A stretch of 10,956 nucleotides of DNA from Deferribacterales bacterium (GTDB taxonomy: Bacteria > Chrysiogenota > Deferribacteres > Deferribacterales > Geovibrionaceae): positions 1-10,956 of the forward strand of contig JBFWJG010000062.1 of NCBI GenBank assembly GCA_050253335.1, written 5' to 3'. The stretch's first letter is position 1. Every line of letters starts with the position of its first letter. This document shows, piece by piece, positions 1 through 7,797 of this stretch. Under the pieces are notes generated by a model. That model made no database searches and was not told the origin of the DNA. It was given only the letters and a program-made list of their open reading frames with translations. A program made the translations under genes and the position numbers.

Positions 1-34
1 TCATATTCTACCCACTGAAAATTATATAGAAAAA

Positions 35-63
35 ATTATATGTGAATAAAGTATAATTGTAAA
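35..63 (-). promoter_or_regulatory. Putative sigma70 promoter for a minus-strand gene starting at or beyond the left window edge
   Basis: Minus strand reads TTTACA (63-58), 17 nt, TATAAT (40-35) in an AT-rich tract. A candidate ATG lies at 4-2 on the same strand. Confidence 0.6.
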
Positions 64-112
64 AAAGATTTTTTTCATGCGGTTTTTGGGGTGGGAGTGC
101 GGATTTAACAGT

Positions 113-335
113 TTACCTGTAATGAGTCCGGAGTCTTATGATCTTAACCGATTTTCATTCTCCAAAACCTGATAAACATGGCGGCGCTGTATGTTAATTC
201 TTAGGGACAAAGCTCCCTCAAGATTTCCTTTCAGTTTTTCGAACGGAGGCGGAGTTTGGTACGGGTCGTTCGATAAAATAGCAGAAGCTCTTTTGCCTTT
301 TCTTTAAGACCGGAAGCAGCGAGTTTTTTTGCGTA
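113..335 (-). pseudogene. yoeB: YoeB/Txe family (RelE superfamily) toxin pseudogene, 5'-truncated, two frameshifts
   Basis: Manual translation across three frames gives YAKKLAASGLKEKAKELL / AILSNDPYQTPPPFEKLKGNLEGALSLRINIQRRHVYQVLENE / KSVKIIRLRTHYR*. This matches the Txe/YoeB pattern (DAKKL..GL..K...PPPFEKL.G.L.G.YSRRINIQHRLVYQV.....VK..R.W.HY). Single-base deletions near 282-283 and in the A-run at 152-155; stop TAA at 115-113. Confidence 0.85.
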
Positions 336-354
336 CACCCTATCAACATCCGGC

Positions 355-1140
355 TCACTTATGCTTCCATATTTTGTAAGAGGAAATGAAAAGTATCGCC
401 GAAAGAGCGGGAAGAAGTATGTATTCGGGGATAACGCCCAGCAGTCTGCCGCCGATGAATGTTCCGGCTACGGAACCCGCCGCCATATAGATTATGAATA
501 CTTTGTTCCTCTTTATCACAGCAAAGCTCTGATCTTTTGAGTACCTCGCGAAGCCCGCAAGCATTGTGGGAAGGCTCACCGCGAGGGAAAGGCTCCCCGC
601 TGTTTTTATATCAAGCCCGAAGAGAAGAATAAGCGTAGGGATAAGCAGTTCCCCGCCCGCCACACCCAAGAGAGACGCAAAAACGCCTATTACAAATCCT
701 GCGGCAACACCCAGAACAGTCTGCACAAGGCCGGGCGCAAAAAATGAAGCGGATTCCGCCCGCATGCTGTGGCTGAAAAGCAGTATGAATGCGATTATAA
801 CAAGCATAGCGGAAATTATTCTGAAAAAGGTCTTTGAATGCAGTTTTACAGCAAAGCTGGCTCCGATCCATGCGCCCAGAACACTGCCTGCCAGAAGGTT
901 GAGAATTACTGTCCAGTGATCCCCGAAAACGCTTACCGGAACAGACTGCGCCCTGAAAGGAAGAGCAGAGGCAACCACAACAAGACTGGCCGCCTTGTTC
1001 AGTATGACAGCATCCAGAGCGGAGAACCTGAAAAATGATATAAGAACAGGAAGCCTGAACTCAGCCCCGCCCAGACCTATCAGTCCGCCAAGTGTACCTA
1101 TGGATAAACCGCTTATAAAACTTGCAATGTTTCTTTTCAT
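355..1140 (-). CDS. TSUP (sulfite exporter TauE/SafE) family membrane transporter, ~261 aa
   Basis: Highly hydrophobic ORF with two internally repeated halves carrying the TSUP glycine motifs GGLIGLGGAEFRLP and SLLGVAGGELLIP. Start moved from the ORF-track 1173 to ATG 1140 (MKRNIAS), which is preceded by GAGG. Confidence 0.85.
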   Translation of the reverse strand: MKRNIASFISGLSIGTLGGLIGLGGAEFRLPVLISFFRFSALDAVILNKAASLVVVASALPFRAQSVPVSVFGDHWTVILNLLAGSVLGAWIGASFAVKLHSKTFFRIISAMLVIIAFILLFSHSMRAESASFFAPGLVQTVLGVAAGFVIGVFASLLGVAGGELLIPTLILLFGLDIKTAGSLSLAVSLPTMLAGFARYSKDQSFAVIKRNKVFIIYMAAGSVAGTFIGGRLLGVIPEYILLPALSAILFISSYKIWKHK

Positions 1141-1185
1141 TTCAGCCTCAGATAAATCAATATAAATTATCAATCAATATGAAAA

Positions 1186-1240
1186 ATGATATAACATAAA
1201 CACCATATCATGTTTTATATTGTTTTATCACGTAATATCA
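1186..1240. promoter_or_regulatory. Candidate operator array in the divergent promoter region
   Basis: Consecutive 10-mers caccaTATCA, tgtttTATAT, tgtttTATCA, cgtaaTATCA (1201-1240), plus inverted repeat ATGATAT-N12-ATATCAT (1186-1211). Confidence 0.5.
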
Positions 1241-1315
1241 CCTATAAATTAATTAGTCAATATCGTAAATATGCTTATAAAACGTTACTTAAATAAAATC
1301 ACGGAAGGAACATTC

Positions 1316-2257
1316 ATGAAAAACCAGACAGCTTTAGATGTTCAGGATGTTGCAAATATACTTAATATTGCAAAAAATACAGTATATGAACTTATCAAAA
1401 GAGGAGAAATCAACTCCTACAAAGTCGGCAGAAAAGTCCGTTTTAGCATGAAAGATGTGGAAGACTACATTTCAGGCTCAAAAAAAATCCGCATACCGGA
1501 GCAATGTGAAATCTGCCATGCTGACCACGGCTCCGCAGCAGGACAGCATGAGAAGGGTTTTGTAATATGCGGGCAGGATCTGGTTCTTGACGCTCTTGTG
1601 GAGAGCATGCAGAAAGAACAGTTACAGCAGCCTGTTCTCCGCTCCTATCTCAGCAGTTATGACGGGCTTGTGGAACTTTACAGAGGCAATGCTGCCGTAA
1701 CCGCCGCACATCTTTGGGACAGCAGCACAAATACATACAATATACCTTTCGTCCGTGCTCTTCTTCCGGGCGTTTCTGCCGTAATAGTGCATCTCACTGT
1801 AAGAACACAGGGTTTTTTTGTCGCAAAAGGAAACCCCAGACGCATCAAAGGCTGGAAAGATCTGGGACGCAGAGATATAAGAATAGTCAACAGAGAAAAA
1901 GGAGCCGGCTCAAGGGTTTTGCTGGATGAGCATCTTCGCCTGCTTGGGATTAAGGCATCCTCAGTTAGCGGATACTACACCGAAACCGCAGCACATGTGG
2001 GACTTGCCAGCACAGTAGGCAGAGGAGACGCCGATATAGCTGTCGGGAGTGAATTTGTCGCCCGGCAGGTGGAATCAGTTGACTTTATACCGTTGCAGAA
2101 GGAAAGCTTTGAACTGGTCATAAAAAAAGAAGATTTTGAAACAGAGCGGGTCAGACAGATGATGCGTATTTTAAAATCTTCTCAGTTTCGGCAGGAGTTT
2201 GAAGGCATAGCAGGCTACGATGCGGCAAATATGGGCACGATCGTAGCCGAAACCTGA
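1316..2257 (+). CDS. Transcriptional regulator: N-terminal excisionase-like HTH (HTH_17) plus C-terminal PBP-like molybdate/tungstate-binding domain (TaoR/YvgK-like), ~313 aa
   Basis: N-terminus LDVQDVANILNIAKNTVYELIKRGEINSYKVGRKVRFS is a typical Xis/HTH_17 domain. The C-terminus has PBP_like motifs (SYDGLVELYRG, HLWD...YN.P, GNP..I.GW.DL, NREKGAGSRVLLD, G.AD.AVG, DFIPL..E.F.LVI). ATG 1316 follows GGAAGGA. Confidence 0.85.
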   Translation: MKNQTALDVQDVANILNIAKNTVYELIKRGEINSYKVGRKVRFSMKDVEDYISGSKKIRIPEQCEICHADHGSAAGQHEKGFVICGQDLVLDALVESMQKEQLQQPVLRSYLSSYDGLVELYRGNAAVTAAHLWDSSTNTYNIPFVRALLPGVSAVIVHLTVRTQGFFVAKGNPRRIKGWKDLGRRDIRIVNREKGAGSRVLLDEHLRLLGIKASSVSGYYTETAAHVGLASTVGRGDADIAVGSEFVARQVESVDFIPLQKESFELVIKKEDFETERVRQMMRILKSSQFRQEFEGIAGYDAANMGTIVAET

Positions 2258-2261
2258 GGGT

Positions 2262-2702
2262 TTACCTCACTCCCGAATGCCCGAAGCCTCCGGAGGAGCG
2301 TTCGGTGTCATCAAGGGTGTCTGCCGGCTGAATGCTGACCCTTGTCACTTTGGCGAAAACAGCCTGAGCTATGCGGTCGCCTTTTGCGTATCTGAATGTA
2401 TTTTTTGAGTGGTTTATGAGGATGATGCCCACCTCGCCCCTGTAGTCGCTGTCTATTGTGCCGGGTGAGTTGAGCACAGTTACGCCCTGTTTCAGAGCAA
2501 GACCGCTTCTGGGGCGGATCTGCGCCTCGTATCCTGCGGGGATCGCCATCCTGAGTCCGGTTTTGACCAGCTTAAAGGCTCCCGCCTCAATCTCGCCTGA
2601 TTCCCCTGCCCTTATATCCATGCCCGCTGCGCCTTCCGTCTGGTATGCGGGAACAAATTCCTCTCCGTGCTCGCTTATGATTCTGACGGTAATATCAGAC
2701 AT
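2262..2702 (-). CDS. dut: dUTP diphosphatase (trimeric dUTPase)
   Basis: All five dUTPase motifs: AGMDI, RPRSGL, GTIDSDYRGE, GDRIAQ, RSSGGFGHSG. GGAGGAG SD upstream. Overlaps the M16 gene end by 28 nt. Confidence 0.97.
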   Translation of the reverse strand: MSDITVRIISEHGEEFVPAYQTEGAAGMDIRAGESGEIEAGAFKLVKTGLRMAIPAGYEAQIRPRSGLALKQGVTVLNSPGTIDSDYRGEVGIILINHSKNTFRYAKGDRIAQAVFAKVTRVSIQPADTLDDTERSSGGFGHSGVR

Positions 2703-3901
2703 CTGGACTCCTCCGCTGAGTAATATTTTTCCGCAATAGCGTTAACGCTGTCAAGGGTCATGCTTTTGATTCTCTGGGTTATACTGTCGCTGTCAACTGT
2801 TTTTCCATGGTAAAAAAACTGTCTGAGATTGGAGAACATTCTGCCGGAAGAGGTCTCTAGCCCAGAGCAGAAGCCGTATAGCATCTGGTTTACCGCAAGT
2901 TCAAATTCGCTTTCGGTTATGCCGTGCTTTGCCATTTTTCTTATCTCTTTCCTTGTTATCTCCTCCACTGCGTTCAGGTTGGCACGATCGCAGCTGAAAA
3001 AGACAGAGAGCGCCCCGCACAGGGAATACAGGCTCATGTCTGTTTCTATGTTGTAGCAGAGCCCGCGCTTTTCCCTCACTTCCTGAAAAAGGCGTGAGCT
3101 CATCAGCCCGCCCAGAATCATGTTCAGTGCGGAAAGCTCGAACCGTTCATCATCAGATGCGGTGCAGGCAGGCATCATGTACTGTGCGTACACCTGTTCC
3201 ACGCCGAGGCTGAGAGTTTTGTCAAACCTTCTGCCTCTGCATTCCGCCGTTAAAGGTGCGGAAGCCTTTGAGCCCGTGTCAGCACCGCTCTTATCCAGAG
3301 CGTTTATGACATCCTCCGCCGTTGCGCTTCCGGCGATGGAGATAATGCAGTTTCCTGCGGTGTATTTCTCTTTGTAAAATTTTCTGAGTTCAGAGATCCC
3401 GAAGCCCTTTACCGATTTTTCCGTACCTGAAATAGGCATAGCCATGGGGTGGCCTTCAAAGAAGTATCCTTCTGCTTCCTCATCCAGATACTCCTCCGGA
3501 CTGTCCTTGAGCGAGGCTATTTCAGTGAGAATAACCTTCTGTTCGTGTTTGAAATCCGCTTCGGAGAGTTTAGGAAAGAACGCTATATCCAGCAGTATAT
3601 CCATGAACTTGTCGAAGTTGCCGGAGAAGCCGTTGATATAGAAGGTTGTCTGCTCCTTGGTGGTGTATGCGTTCATGTAGCCGCCGAGACGCTCTGATTC
3701 CTTGCTGATCTCTTCCAGAGTGTATTTGCGGCTCCCGCGGAAAACTAGATGCTCAATAAAATGAGAAACGCCGTTGGTTGCGGGTGTTTCGGACATGCTG
3801 CCGTTTTTAAAGGTCACAGACAGGGAGACAAGCCCGTTGGCAAATCCCGAACTGTCTGTCAAAATAGGTATTTCACCGTGATAAGTAAGTATGGGTTTCA
3901 T
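2675..3901 (-). CDS. M16 family (pitrilysin/insulinase-like) zinc peptidase
   Basis: Inverted zinc motif HFIEH (HxxEH), NAYTTKE.T.FY, and C-terminal LGG.MSSRLFQEVREKRGL.Y. Usual position downstream of pnp. Confidence 0.92.
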   Translation of the reverse strand: MKPILTYHGEIPILTDSSGFANGLVSLSVTFKNGSMSETPATNGVSHFIEHLVFRGSRKYTLEEISKESERLGGYMNAYTTKEQTTFYINGFSGNFDKFMDILLDIAFFPKLSEADFKHEQKVILTEIASLKDSPEEYLDEEAEGYFFEGHPMAMPISGTEKSVKGFGISELRKFYKEKYTAGNCIISIAGSATAEDVINALDKSGADTGSKASAPLTAECRGRRFDKTLSLGVEQVYAQYMMPACTASDDERFELSALNMILGGLMSSRLFQEVREKRGLCYNIETDMSLYSLCGALSVFFSCDRANLNAVEEITRKEIRKMAKHGITESEFELAVNQMLYGFCSGLETSSGRMFSNLRQFFYHGKTVDSDSITQRIKSMTLDSVNAIAEKYYSAEESRCLILPSES

Positions 3902-3911
3902 AGAAATCTAC

Positions 3912-3940
3912 AAAAAAGGCACACATAAAGTGTGCCTTTT
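3912..3940 (-). terminator. Intrinsic terminator downstream of pnp (possibly bidirectional)
   Basis: Minus strand AAAAGGCACAC-TTTAT-GTGTGCC-TTTTTT: perfect stem followed by U6. The plus strand also ends in TTTT. Confidence 0.8.
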
Positions 3941-3984
3941 ATTATTTTTAGTAATTATTTGAAAAAGTTCGTAAAGAACAGAGC

Positions 3985-6084
3985 TTACAGCAGCACCTTT
4001 CTGGAGATTTTGTGTCTGCCGTTCTGGTCTTTGCCGAGGTATTTCACTTCAACAATTTCGCCGAGTTTAAGAACATCCGCAATGCTGTTGATACGCTCAT
4101 TGCTGTACTGGGAAACGTGAAGCAGGGCTTCAACGCCGGGGATTATCTCCACGAAAGCGCCGTAGTCCATTATCTTCTTAACTTTGCCCTGATAAACCTT
4201 ATCAAGCTCCACTTCCTGAACCGTACCGTTGATTCTGGCTATGGCTGCTTCTATGGCTTCTTTGCTCACGGCAAATACGTTAACCTGTCCTGAATCGTCA
4301 ATGTCGATCTGGGCGCCGGTGTCTTCAACTATCGCTTTTATGTTCTTTCCGCCGGGTCCGATGAGCAGACCGATCTTCTCAGGGTTAATTCTGAGGGTCT
4401 GGTATCTGGGCGCTGTCTCGGCGAGCTCTTCTCTGTAAGTGGGGAGAGCCTCTTTCATTTTGCCGAGGATATGCAGCCTTGATCTCTTAGCTTGTGCAAG
4501 GGCTTCCTCAAGAAGCTTCCTTGAAAGACCTTCAATCTTAATATCCATCTGAAGAGCGGTGATGCCGTTTTCTGTTCCGGCTACTTTAAAGTCCATGTCG
4601 CCGAGGTGGTCTTCGGTTCCCATGATATCGCTGAGGATTATGTATCTGTCCCCTTCTTTTATGAGACCCATAGCAACGCCTGCTACAACATCCTTAACGG
4701 GAACACCCGCATCCATAAGGCTGAGGCAGCCGCCGCAAACAGTCGCCATTGAGGACGAACCGTTGGACTCAAGAACTTCGGAAACAATCCTGAGGGAATA
4801 GGGGAAGTCTGCTTCAGCGGGGAGTATGGGTATAAGCGCTCTTTCTGCAAGTGCGCCGTGGCCTATCTCCCTTCTTCCGGGACCTCTGAGGAAACCGACT
4901 TCACCCACGCAGAAGGGGGGGAAGTTGTAGTGAAGCATGAAGCGTTTTTTCGATTCGCCTTCTATGTTGTCAAGCATCTGGGTATCTGTTTTGGTACCGA
5001 GAGTGGCAACTGCAAGCGCCTGAGTTTCGCCTCTGGTGAAGAGAGCGGAGCCGTGGGGCATGGGCAGAAGGTGAGTTTCGATATCGATGGGGCGTACATC
5101 TTCCGCCGTACGTCCGTCAATTCTTTTACCGCTGTCGAGTGAGAAGTCACGGAAGACTTTTTTCTCGACATGGTGCCATACTTCTTTATAAAAGCCTTTT
5201 TTATCGGCGTATTCTTCGCCGAGCCTCGCCTCAACAGCTTCGAAGTACTCGTCCCTGACTTTATCAAGGGCGGCGTATTTCTCAAGCTTGCCGGGGATGA
5301 CAAGGGCTGTGTTGATTTTTTCTTTAAGCTCTTTCTCAGCCTCTTCCAGAACCGCCGCGGGAACGGAGAAATCCTTGTATTCGAATTTCGGTTTTCCGCA
5401 TTTTTCAGCGAGTTCTTTCTGTGTCTGAACAAGAGTTTTTATATTATCATGGGCAAACTGAAGTGCCTCGACAACCTCTTCCTCGGTAACCATTTCCATG
5501 CCGGCTTCAACCATGTTTATGGCATCGTCCGAACCTGCAACAACAATATTCATAGTAAGTTCATTGAATATTTCGTATGAGGGGTTGATTATCAGCTGTC
5601 CGTTATGTTTACCGACCCTGACACCCGCAACAGGAATGCTGAAGGGGATGTCCGAAATGAGCAGCGCCGCGCTTGAAGCATTTATGGCAAGCACATCCGG
5701 AGAGTGCTTACCGTCATAGGATACAACAGTGGCTATGACCTGAGTCTCGTTCCTGAACCCGTCGGGGAACATGGGGCGGAGAGGACGGTCAATAAGCCTG
5801 GAAATAAGCGTTTCCTTGTCTGAGGGTCTGTTTTCTCTTTTGAGAAAGCCGCCGGGAACCTTGCCTACTGCGTAAAATTTTTCAACATAGTTTACAGTGA
5901 GCGGGAAGAAGTCCACACCGTCTGAGGCGTCTTTTCTTCCGGTAGCGGTGACAAGTATAACTGTTCCGCCCTGACGTATCCAGATACTTCCGTTAGCCTG
6001 CTTTGCTTTCCAGCCCGTTTCGAATATTATGGGTTCGGCATCTTCACGCAAGCTTACCGATACGGTATCGAGTTTTTTATCCAT
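3985..6084 (-). CDS. pnp: Polyribonucleotide nucleotidyltransferase (PNPase)
   Basis: DFFPLTVNY, GGFLKRE, SRLIDRPLRP, RREIGHG, SNGSSSMA, DHLGDMDFKVAGT, KH domain (IGPGGKNIK) and C-terminal S1 domain; 699 aa. Confidence 0.98.
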   Translation of the reverse strand: MDKKLDTVSVSLREDAEPIIFETGWKAKQANGSIWIRQGGTVILVTATGRKDASDGVDFFPLTVNYVEKFYAVGKVPGGFLKRENRPSDKETLISRLIDRPLRPMFPDGFRNETQVIATVVSYDGKHSPDVLAINASSAALLISDIPFSIPVAGVRVGKHNGQLIINPSYEIFNELTMNIVVAGSDDAINMVEAGMEMVTEEEVVEALQFAHDNIKTLVQTQKELAEKCGKPKFEYKDFSVPAAVLEEAEKELKEKINTALVIPGKLEKYAALDKVRDEYFEAVEARLGEEYADKKGFYKEVWHHVEKKVFRDFSLDSGKRIDGRTAEDVRPIDIETHLLPMPHGSALFTRGETQALAVATLGTKTDTQMLDNIEGESKKRFMLHYNFPPFCVGEVGFLRGPGRREIGHGALAERALIPILPAEADFPYSLRIVSEVLESNGSSSMATVCGGCLSLMDAGVPVKDVVAGVAMGLIKEGDRYIILSDIMGTEDHLGDMDFKVAGTENGITALQMDIKIEGLSRKLLEEALAQAKRSRLHILGKMKEALPTYREELAETAPRYQTLRINPEKIGLLIGPGGKNIKAIVEDTGAQIDIDDSGQVNVFAVSKEAIEAAIARINGTVQEVELDKVYQGKVKKIMDYGAFVEIIPGVEALLHVSQYSNERINSIADVLKLGEIVEVKYLGKDQNGRHKISRKVLL

Positions 6085-6087
6085 GCG

Positions 6088-6357
6088 TTATTTCCTGATT
6101 CCGAGAGTCTCGATGATCGTGCGGTATCTTTTGAAATCTTTCTTTTTCACATAGTCAAGAAGCTGGCGTCTCTGCCCTACGAGAAGGAGAAGGCCTCTTC
6201 TGGAGTGGTGATCTTTGGGGTTTGATTTGAAGTGTTCAGTAAGGTAAGTTATTCTCTCAGTGAGAAGAGCCACCTGCACTTCGGGTGATCCTGTGTCTTT
6301 TTCGTGCGTTTTGAACTTGTCGATCAATGTTGTTTTCTGTTCTTTAGTCATGACCAT
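6088..6357 (-). CDS. rpsO: 30S ribosomal protein S15
   Basis: [13 protein letters not shown]...HFK...[22 protein letters not shown] 6357 gives the canonical 89 aa and lies 9 nt after GGAGGT (6372-6367). Confidence 0.97.
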   Translation of the reverse strand: MVMTKEQKTTLIDKFKTHEKDTGSPEVQVALLTERITYLTEHFKSNPKDHHSRRGLLLLVGQRRQLLDYVKKKDFKRYRTIIETLGIRK

Positions 6358-6388
6358 TATTAAAATACCTCCACAAGCTAAGCCTGAA

Positions 6389-6417
6389 TTTATAACAAAT
6401 CCGCTGTCAAAAAACAA
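6389..6417 (-). promoter_or_regulatory. Putative internal promoter for rpsO-pnp
   Basis: Minus strand TTGTTT (6417-6412), 17 nt, TATAAA (6394-6389), with an extended -10 TG (TGtTATAAA). Confidence 0.4.
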
Positions 6418-6488
6418 GGCAATATTGACGCCTGCGGCACATTTTTACATGCCGATGCTGTATCTTACCCTATTTTTCGCGTTTTATC

Positions 6489-7391
6489 CTATACAAGCAC
6501 TTTTATTATCTTCAGCGGGCAGCCTCCGCTCCGTGTTTTCTCTGCTATGGCAAGCACACGCCCGTTTTTTTCCGATATAAAAAACATTTCGCCGTCACTG
6601 CTCCCTTCAAAGGGCAGACAGGCATAGTTCCATTCTTTTACAGACACTCCGTTGGAAACAAGCTTCACAGCCTCGTCCTTCACTATGGCGTGTTTCCAGT
6701 TCAGCATGGATGAAACAGGATGAACAGCGGCAGAAAGAGTCCCCTTCGCCGCCATTTCCTCAAGGCTTCCGAGAGTCACCGCGGAAGCCACACGGAACAT
6801 GCCGTTTGCGGAGCGTATGAGACCGCTCATAACTGCGAACGAGCCGATTTTAAGCCCCGCCTCATGTATTATGCTGCGGATATATGTCCCCTTGCCGCAC
6901 TGTACCTTCACCACGCCTTTGGGGTATGCGTATTCCACAAGCTCAACGGAGTATATGCGCATCATGCGCTTTCCTGCATCCTCAATCTCGCCTTTGCGGG
7001 CGAGCCTGTATGCCCTTTCGCCGTTTATTTTCTTTGAGGAGAAAGCGGGAACAGTCAGCTCATGCTCCCCGATATATGATTTGAAAACTGATTCGACCTC
7101 TGTGATGTCCGGCTGAACACTGCTGTTCTCCGAAAGCACCGTGCCTTCGGTGTCAAAGGAATCTGTTCTCATGCCCAGTGTAAACTCGGCTATGTATTCC
7201 TTATCCACATCCATAAGATAGTCCACAAACTTTGTGGCATTCCCCACACAGACAGGCAGAACGCCTTCAGCCATAGGATCAAGGGTTCCCAGATGTCCGC
7301 ATTTTTTTACGCCGAGAATCCTCCGCATCCTGTCAACGGCTTTGAAGGAGGTCATCCCTTTTTCTTTGTAGAGATTAACTATCCCGTTCAT
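6489..7391 (-). CDS. truB: tRNA pseudouridine(55) synthase TruB
   Basis: K.KGMTSF, catalytic GHLGTLDPMAEGVL, KEY...F.LG.RTDS.D.EG, C.KGTYIRS. Overlaps the rbfA end by 17 nt. Confidence 0.96.
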   Translation of the reverse strand: MNGIVNLYKEKGMTSFKAVDRMRRILGVKKCGHLGTLDPMAEGVLPVCVGNATKFVDYLMDVDKEYIAEFTLGMRTDSFDTEGTVLSENSSVQPDITEVESVFKSYIGEHELTVPAFSSKKINGERAYRLARKGEIEDAGKRMMRIYSVELVEYAYPKGVVKVQCGKGTYIRSIIHEAGLKIGSFAVMSGLIRSANGMFRVASAVTLGSLEEMAAKGTLSAAVHPVSSMLNWKHAIVKDEAVKLVSNGVSVKEWNYACLPFEGSSDGEMFFISEKNGRVLAIAEKTRSGGCPLKIIKVLV

Positions 7392-7731
7392 CGTCTTCTT
7401 TTATTACTTCACGGAGAACTTCGTCAATGCGGCTTCCGTAGTCTGAGGAATCATCAATGAAGAACATGATTTTGGAAGGAGCTTTTTTAAGATGCACAGC
7501 TTTCTGGAGCTGATGCCTTATGAATCCCGCGGAACTCATAAGCCCGCGGTGAATGTATTTGATGTTTTCCTTATTATAGCTGGTGAAATACACCTTCGCC
7601 TGAGAAAGATCTCTTGTCACCTCGATGGAAGTGATAACAACATCCTTCACCTTCGGATCCTTCACGTCAAACTGAATTATTCTTGAAATCTCCTCTTTCA
7701 GGAGTTCCGATACTCTTTCTATTCTGTGCAA
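7375..7731 (-). CDS. rbfA: Ribosome-binding factor A
   Basis: RIERVSELLKEEIS..IQFDVKDP...V.IT.IEVT.DLS.AKVYF...GFIR..L. TTG start preceded by AAGGT; syntenic between DUF503 and truB. Confidence 0.93.
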   Translation of the reverse strand: MHRIERVSELLKEEISRIIQFDVKDPKVKDVVITSIEVTRDLSQAKVYFTSYNKENIKYIHRGLMSSAGFIRHQLQKAVHLKKAPSKIMFFIDDSSDYGSRIDEVLREVIKEDDERDS

Positions 7732-7797
7732 TTTTCTAACCTTTATAAAAATATGAGAGACTTTTCATTCCGCTCAAATCCGCGGAAAACAGGTGTG

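Noticed and set aside
18..41. Direct repeat AAAATTATAT x2
   Set aside because: Low-complexity AT-rich sequence coinciding with TATAAT -10 boxes; not distinguishable from promoter background.
1316..1480. Excisionase-like domain as evidence of a prophage or ICE
   Set aside because: It is fused to a PBP ligand-binding domain, the architecture of a transcription factor. No integrase or phage genes are in the window.
6435..6454. Hairpin CGGCATGT-AAAA-ATGTGCCG (minus strand) after truB as a terminator or S15 autoregulatory leader
   Set aside because: It has two G-U pairs and no U-tract, and lies upstream of the predicted rpsO promoter, so neither role can be supported from sequence alone.
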